Source: Macrostomum lignano (taxonomy: Eukaryota). Taken from it: a DNA stretch of 64,000 nt. The notes beneath the pieces are model-generated. The model made no database searches and was not told the DNA's origin. It saw only the letters and a program-made list of their open reading frames with translations. Shown piece by piece: positions 61,001 through 64,000 of this stretch. The stretch covers positions 10,430-74,429 of the forward strand of contig NIVC01003839.1 in assembly GCA_002269645.1 (NCBI GenBank), read 5' to 3'. How positions within the stretch are numbered: position 1 is the stretch's first letter; the number at the start of each line of letters is the position of its first letter. Made by a program: the position numbers and the translations under genes.

Positions 61001-64000
61001 TCAAACCTTCAGTAAAAGTTGTCTGAATACCCATCAAACCGTCAGTAACAAGTTGTCTGAATACCCCATCAAACCTTCAGTAACAAGTTGTCTGAATACC
61101 CCATCAAACCTTCAGTAACAAGTTGTCTGAATACCGAACCAAACCTTCAGTAAGGGTAGCCTGAATACCCCATCAAACCTTCAGTAACAAGTTGTCTGAA
61201 TACCCCATCAAACCTTCAGTAACAAGTTGTCTGAATACCGAACCAAACCTTCAGTAAGGTAGCCTGAATACCCCATCAAACCTTCAGTAACAAGTTGTCT
61301 GAATACCTCATCAAACCTTCAGTAACAAGTTGTCTGAATACCCCATCAAACCTTCAGTAACAAGTTGTCTGAATACCCCATCAAACCTTCAGTAACAAGT
61401 TGTCTGAATACCCCATCAAACCGTCAGTAACAAGTTGTCTGAATACCCCATCAAACCTTCAGTAACAAGTTGTCTGAATACCCATCAAACCTTCAGTAAC
61501 AAGTTGTCTGAATACCCCACCAAACCTTCAGTAAGGGTAGCCTGAATACCCCATCAAACCTTCAGTAACAAGTTGTCTGAATAACCCATCAAACCTTCAG
61601 TAAGGGTAGCTGAATACCCCATCAAACCTTCAGTAACAAGTTTCTGAATACCCCATCAAACCGTCAGTAACAAGTTGTCTGAATACCCCATCAAACCTTC
61701 AGTAACAAGTTGTCTGAATACCCCACCAAACCTTCAGTAAGGGTAGCCTGAATACCCCATCAAACCTTCACAAACTACAATTCTTTATTGAATTGTCAAA
61801 TTTTAATAAGAGTACGGAACCTGGCAACTAGGATTGCATTGAGCAAGGTCAAAATACAGGCCCTAGCAATGGTTTTTCTTACCTATCCCAGGAGCTTTCA
61901 CTTCATAGTAAAGGCATCTGACAGTCCAATTTTCAGCATAGACGAGGCTGACCTCAAGGCTTCCATGGTGATTGGGATCTGAATTAGTCAGTAGGAATCG
62001 ATTACTATTATTAATCAATTTTAAGGCTAAACAAACCAGCACACTATCAAGTCCGATGGCTCACCTTAATGTAGTCGAAGACGATAGATCCGTTTTGAGA
62101 ATATGGCGCATTGAAAGGAAAAGGTGCCCCTGTAACAGAGTTCAGAATTTTGCGCTAGGTGAGTATTATATAAATAGATTTAAGTACAATGTTTAAATGG
62201 ATTCTGTGGTCTAATTTGACAAACTATACACAGAAAGTATCTTGTAAAGCGTGAACAGACAAGATTGAAGGAGTGTCAGTGACCTGAAGTGAGAACAGAC
62301 AAGATTGAAGAGTGTCAGTGACCTGAAGTGAGAACAGACAAGATTGAAGAGTGTCAGTGACCTGAAGTGAGAACAGACAAGATTGAGTGTCAGTAACCTG
62401 AAGTGAGAACAGACAAGATTCAGTGTCAGTGACCTGAAGTGAGAACAGACAAGATTGAGTGTCAGTGACCTGAAGTGAGAAAAGACAAGATTGAAGGAGT
62501 GTCAGTGACCTGAAGTGAGAACAGACAAGATTGAAGAGTGTCAGTGACCTGAAGTGAGAACAGACAAGATTGGGCGTCAGTGACCTGAAGTGAGAACAGA
62601 CAAGATTGGGCGTCAGTGACCTGAAGTGAGAACAGACAAGATTGGTGTCTATATGCAAAGCACAAGATCAAGAGACCATTTCAGCCCCTCATTACAACAG
62701 CAGTCAGAGAGAACTTACAAGAATAGTTTGAGCTCACAAACAGATTCTCCCAGCGCACCCAGAAGGCGTCCTCAGCTTCGACATACTTGATAGCGGACAC
62801 CGACTTCCTGGTCTCGAAGTCGGCCATCATTGGCGCAATGTATTGCGAGAAAGTCAAGTAAGGATGCGTCAGATCGTTTACGTAGATGAACCCTGCGTGT
62901 TGGGGATTGGGCGTGCAACTTTTGATTATTTTTGTTTGATTTATTTCTATTTTCAGACAAAAAGCGCACAAAGCTTGATTAAATAATAATAATAGCTGAT
63001 TACACCTGCCCTGACGGCCAGATGAGCAACCGACAGCTCAGCCGCAGCTATTGCGCGGCGCATCTGAAGGCTGCGTACGGCTGTTCAGTCCAAGGACTGG
63101 GGGTCGCCAAACACCACACCCTCAATTACCCCAGCTAATGCTGGCACCCATTTTACAGCTGGGTGAACTGAAGCAATGCAGATCGTTAAGTGTTTTGCTC
63201 AAGGACACAAACTGTTCCGAGTGGGATCGGGAATCGAACCCCCGACCTTCAAGTCGTGAGTCCGACGCTCACATTAAACAGGCTGATTAAACAGGTATCA
63301 GCAGGTTGATAGATTAAATAAATAAATAGCACAGCCCAGCGACTCAGTGGCAATAAAATCAGGCACTAACAATGCGAGGACTACACATACGTATCCGACT
63401 GTATATCTATCGCATGAATTATTGCTCAACCCTGAGCTAAAACCAATTGGAAAGAGTCGGAATGTCAGGACAGGTGGGTGCACTGTTCAGAAAAAAACAT
63501 TTATGGCAAAACCTGGGACCGCGAAGGGGAGGAAGAGCTGTTACAACAGAATGGGGAGCTGCGTACTCCACGCATGTATTCCCAAGCAGCCAGCCATGCG
63601 CAGAGCTGCATCAGTGCAGCTCCCAACAAGCGAGACAATAGTACAGCCTTTTCCTTACAGAGGCTGCTACGTTTTTAAGTCCTACGGGGAAAAGCAAACA
63701 CAATGCGTTGTCATGGCAAACCAGTGCCACGCCAGCCTCACCGCTAGTGGTAAGCACAATCGACTTGACTGAATGGCCGTAGAAGTCGAACGAAAAAACC
63801 AGTGAATTGTCTGAAATACGAGTATTAGCGGCGGGTTTATAGGGTGGCCGGTCACTCGGTGCATAGTAGAACCTATTTACCGCACAACTGATTTCCCAAC
63901 GCAAGACAAAGCTCGAGGTCGAAAAGACCCAAGCACTTACCAATGCCAGATTTTTTCCATTGTTCAATTTAATATTGGAGGCGAATCGAATAAGCTGAGA
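55033..64000 (-). CDS. PLXDC: Plexin domain-containing (PLXDC/TEM7-like) type I membrane protein, 5' end outside window; exons >64000-63941, 63810-63742, 62892-62719, 62129-62065, 61978-61883, 60351-60256, 59215-59067, 57709-57560, 55380-55033; four inferred 1-nt indels
   Basis: [39 protein letters not shown] domain C..C...[21 protein letters not shown]. Thr-rich stalk, TM segment and cytoplasmic YGFRHPGS...WLIEHRPSR (cf. PLXDC2 HHPTS...FFIERRPSRW). Confidence 0.88.
55395..57255. repeat. Compound array: 21-bp GTCAGTGATGAATTGATGTGT units, then GTCAG(C/T)GATA(GATA)nGATTGT units
   Basis: Direct reading; fills the last PLXDC intron. Confidence 0.95.
57893..58947. repeat. 14-bp minisatellite GGGAAGTGAGATA(C/T)
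   Basis: Direct reading; PLXDC intron. Confidence 0.96.
59302..60150. repeat. 23-bp minisatellite TCTGAATGTGATCTTAATGTCAG
   Basis: Direct reading; PLXDC intron. Confidence 0.95.
60715..61772. repeat. 35-bp minisatellite CTGAATACCCCATCAAACCTTCAGTAACAAGTTGT
   Basis: Direct reading; several units lack single bases. Confidence 0.95.
62250..62648. repeat. ~37-40-bp minisatellite GTGTCAGTGACCTGAAGTGAGAACAGACAAGATTG
   Basis: Direct reading; PLXDC intron. Confidence 0.94.
63016..63270 (-). mobile_element. Second copy of the CORE-like tRNA SINE, 5'-truncated (A box missing)
   Basis: Reverse complement aligns to 17695-17944, including the B box, CORE-like segment and 3' tail. Confidence 0.88.

Overview
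This is eukaryotic (metazoan) genomic DNA, not prokaryotic. GC-rich exons, AT-rich spacers and introns full of minisatellites suggest a free-living flatworm such as Macrostomum; this is an inference and was not verified. I assembled four spliced genes by hand from GT/AG sites and phase. (1) RhoA-family GTPase, + strand, 6213-10605, 3 exons, 193 aa, atypical CETL C-terminus. (2) A ~1091-aa protein with a zinc ribbon, a Ser/Pro-rich region, an F-box and LRRs, + strand, 13787-29287, 8 exons. (3) p90 RSK two-kinase protein, + strand, 36540-52310, 9 exons, 771 aa. (4) A PLXDC/TEM7-like receptor, - strand, 55033 to beyond 64000, with four inferred 1-nt indels. There is also a single-exon gene for a 53-aa secreted six-cysteine peptide (34012-34173). 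Mobile DNA: an internally deleted hAT element (TIR and 8-bp TSD), three MITE/foldback elements, a full-length APE-RT-RNaseH LINE with a 13-bp TSD, two tRNA-derived CORE-like SINEs and a 5S-derived fragment. About 25 different tandem arrays fill most introns, and most long ORFs in the supplied track are artefacts of these arrays. Best leads: the uncharacterised cysteine-rich peptide, 11 RFX X-box consensus sites inside a coding repeat, one private minisatellite per intron with a recurring GTGTCAG core, a tandem Pol III B-box array, and a LINE whose TSD rebuilt the splice acceptor it landed in.
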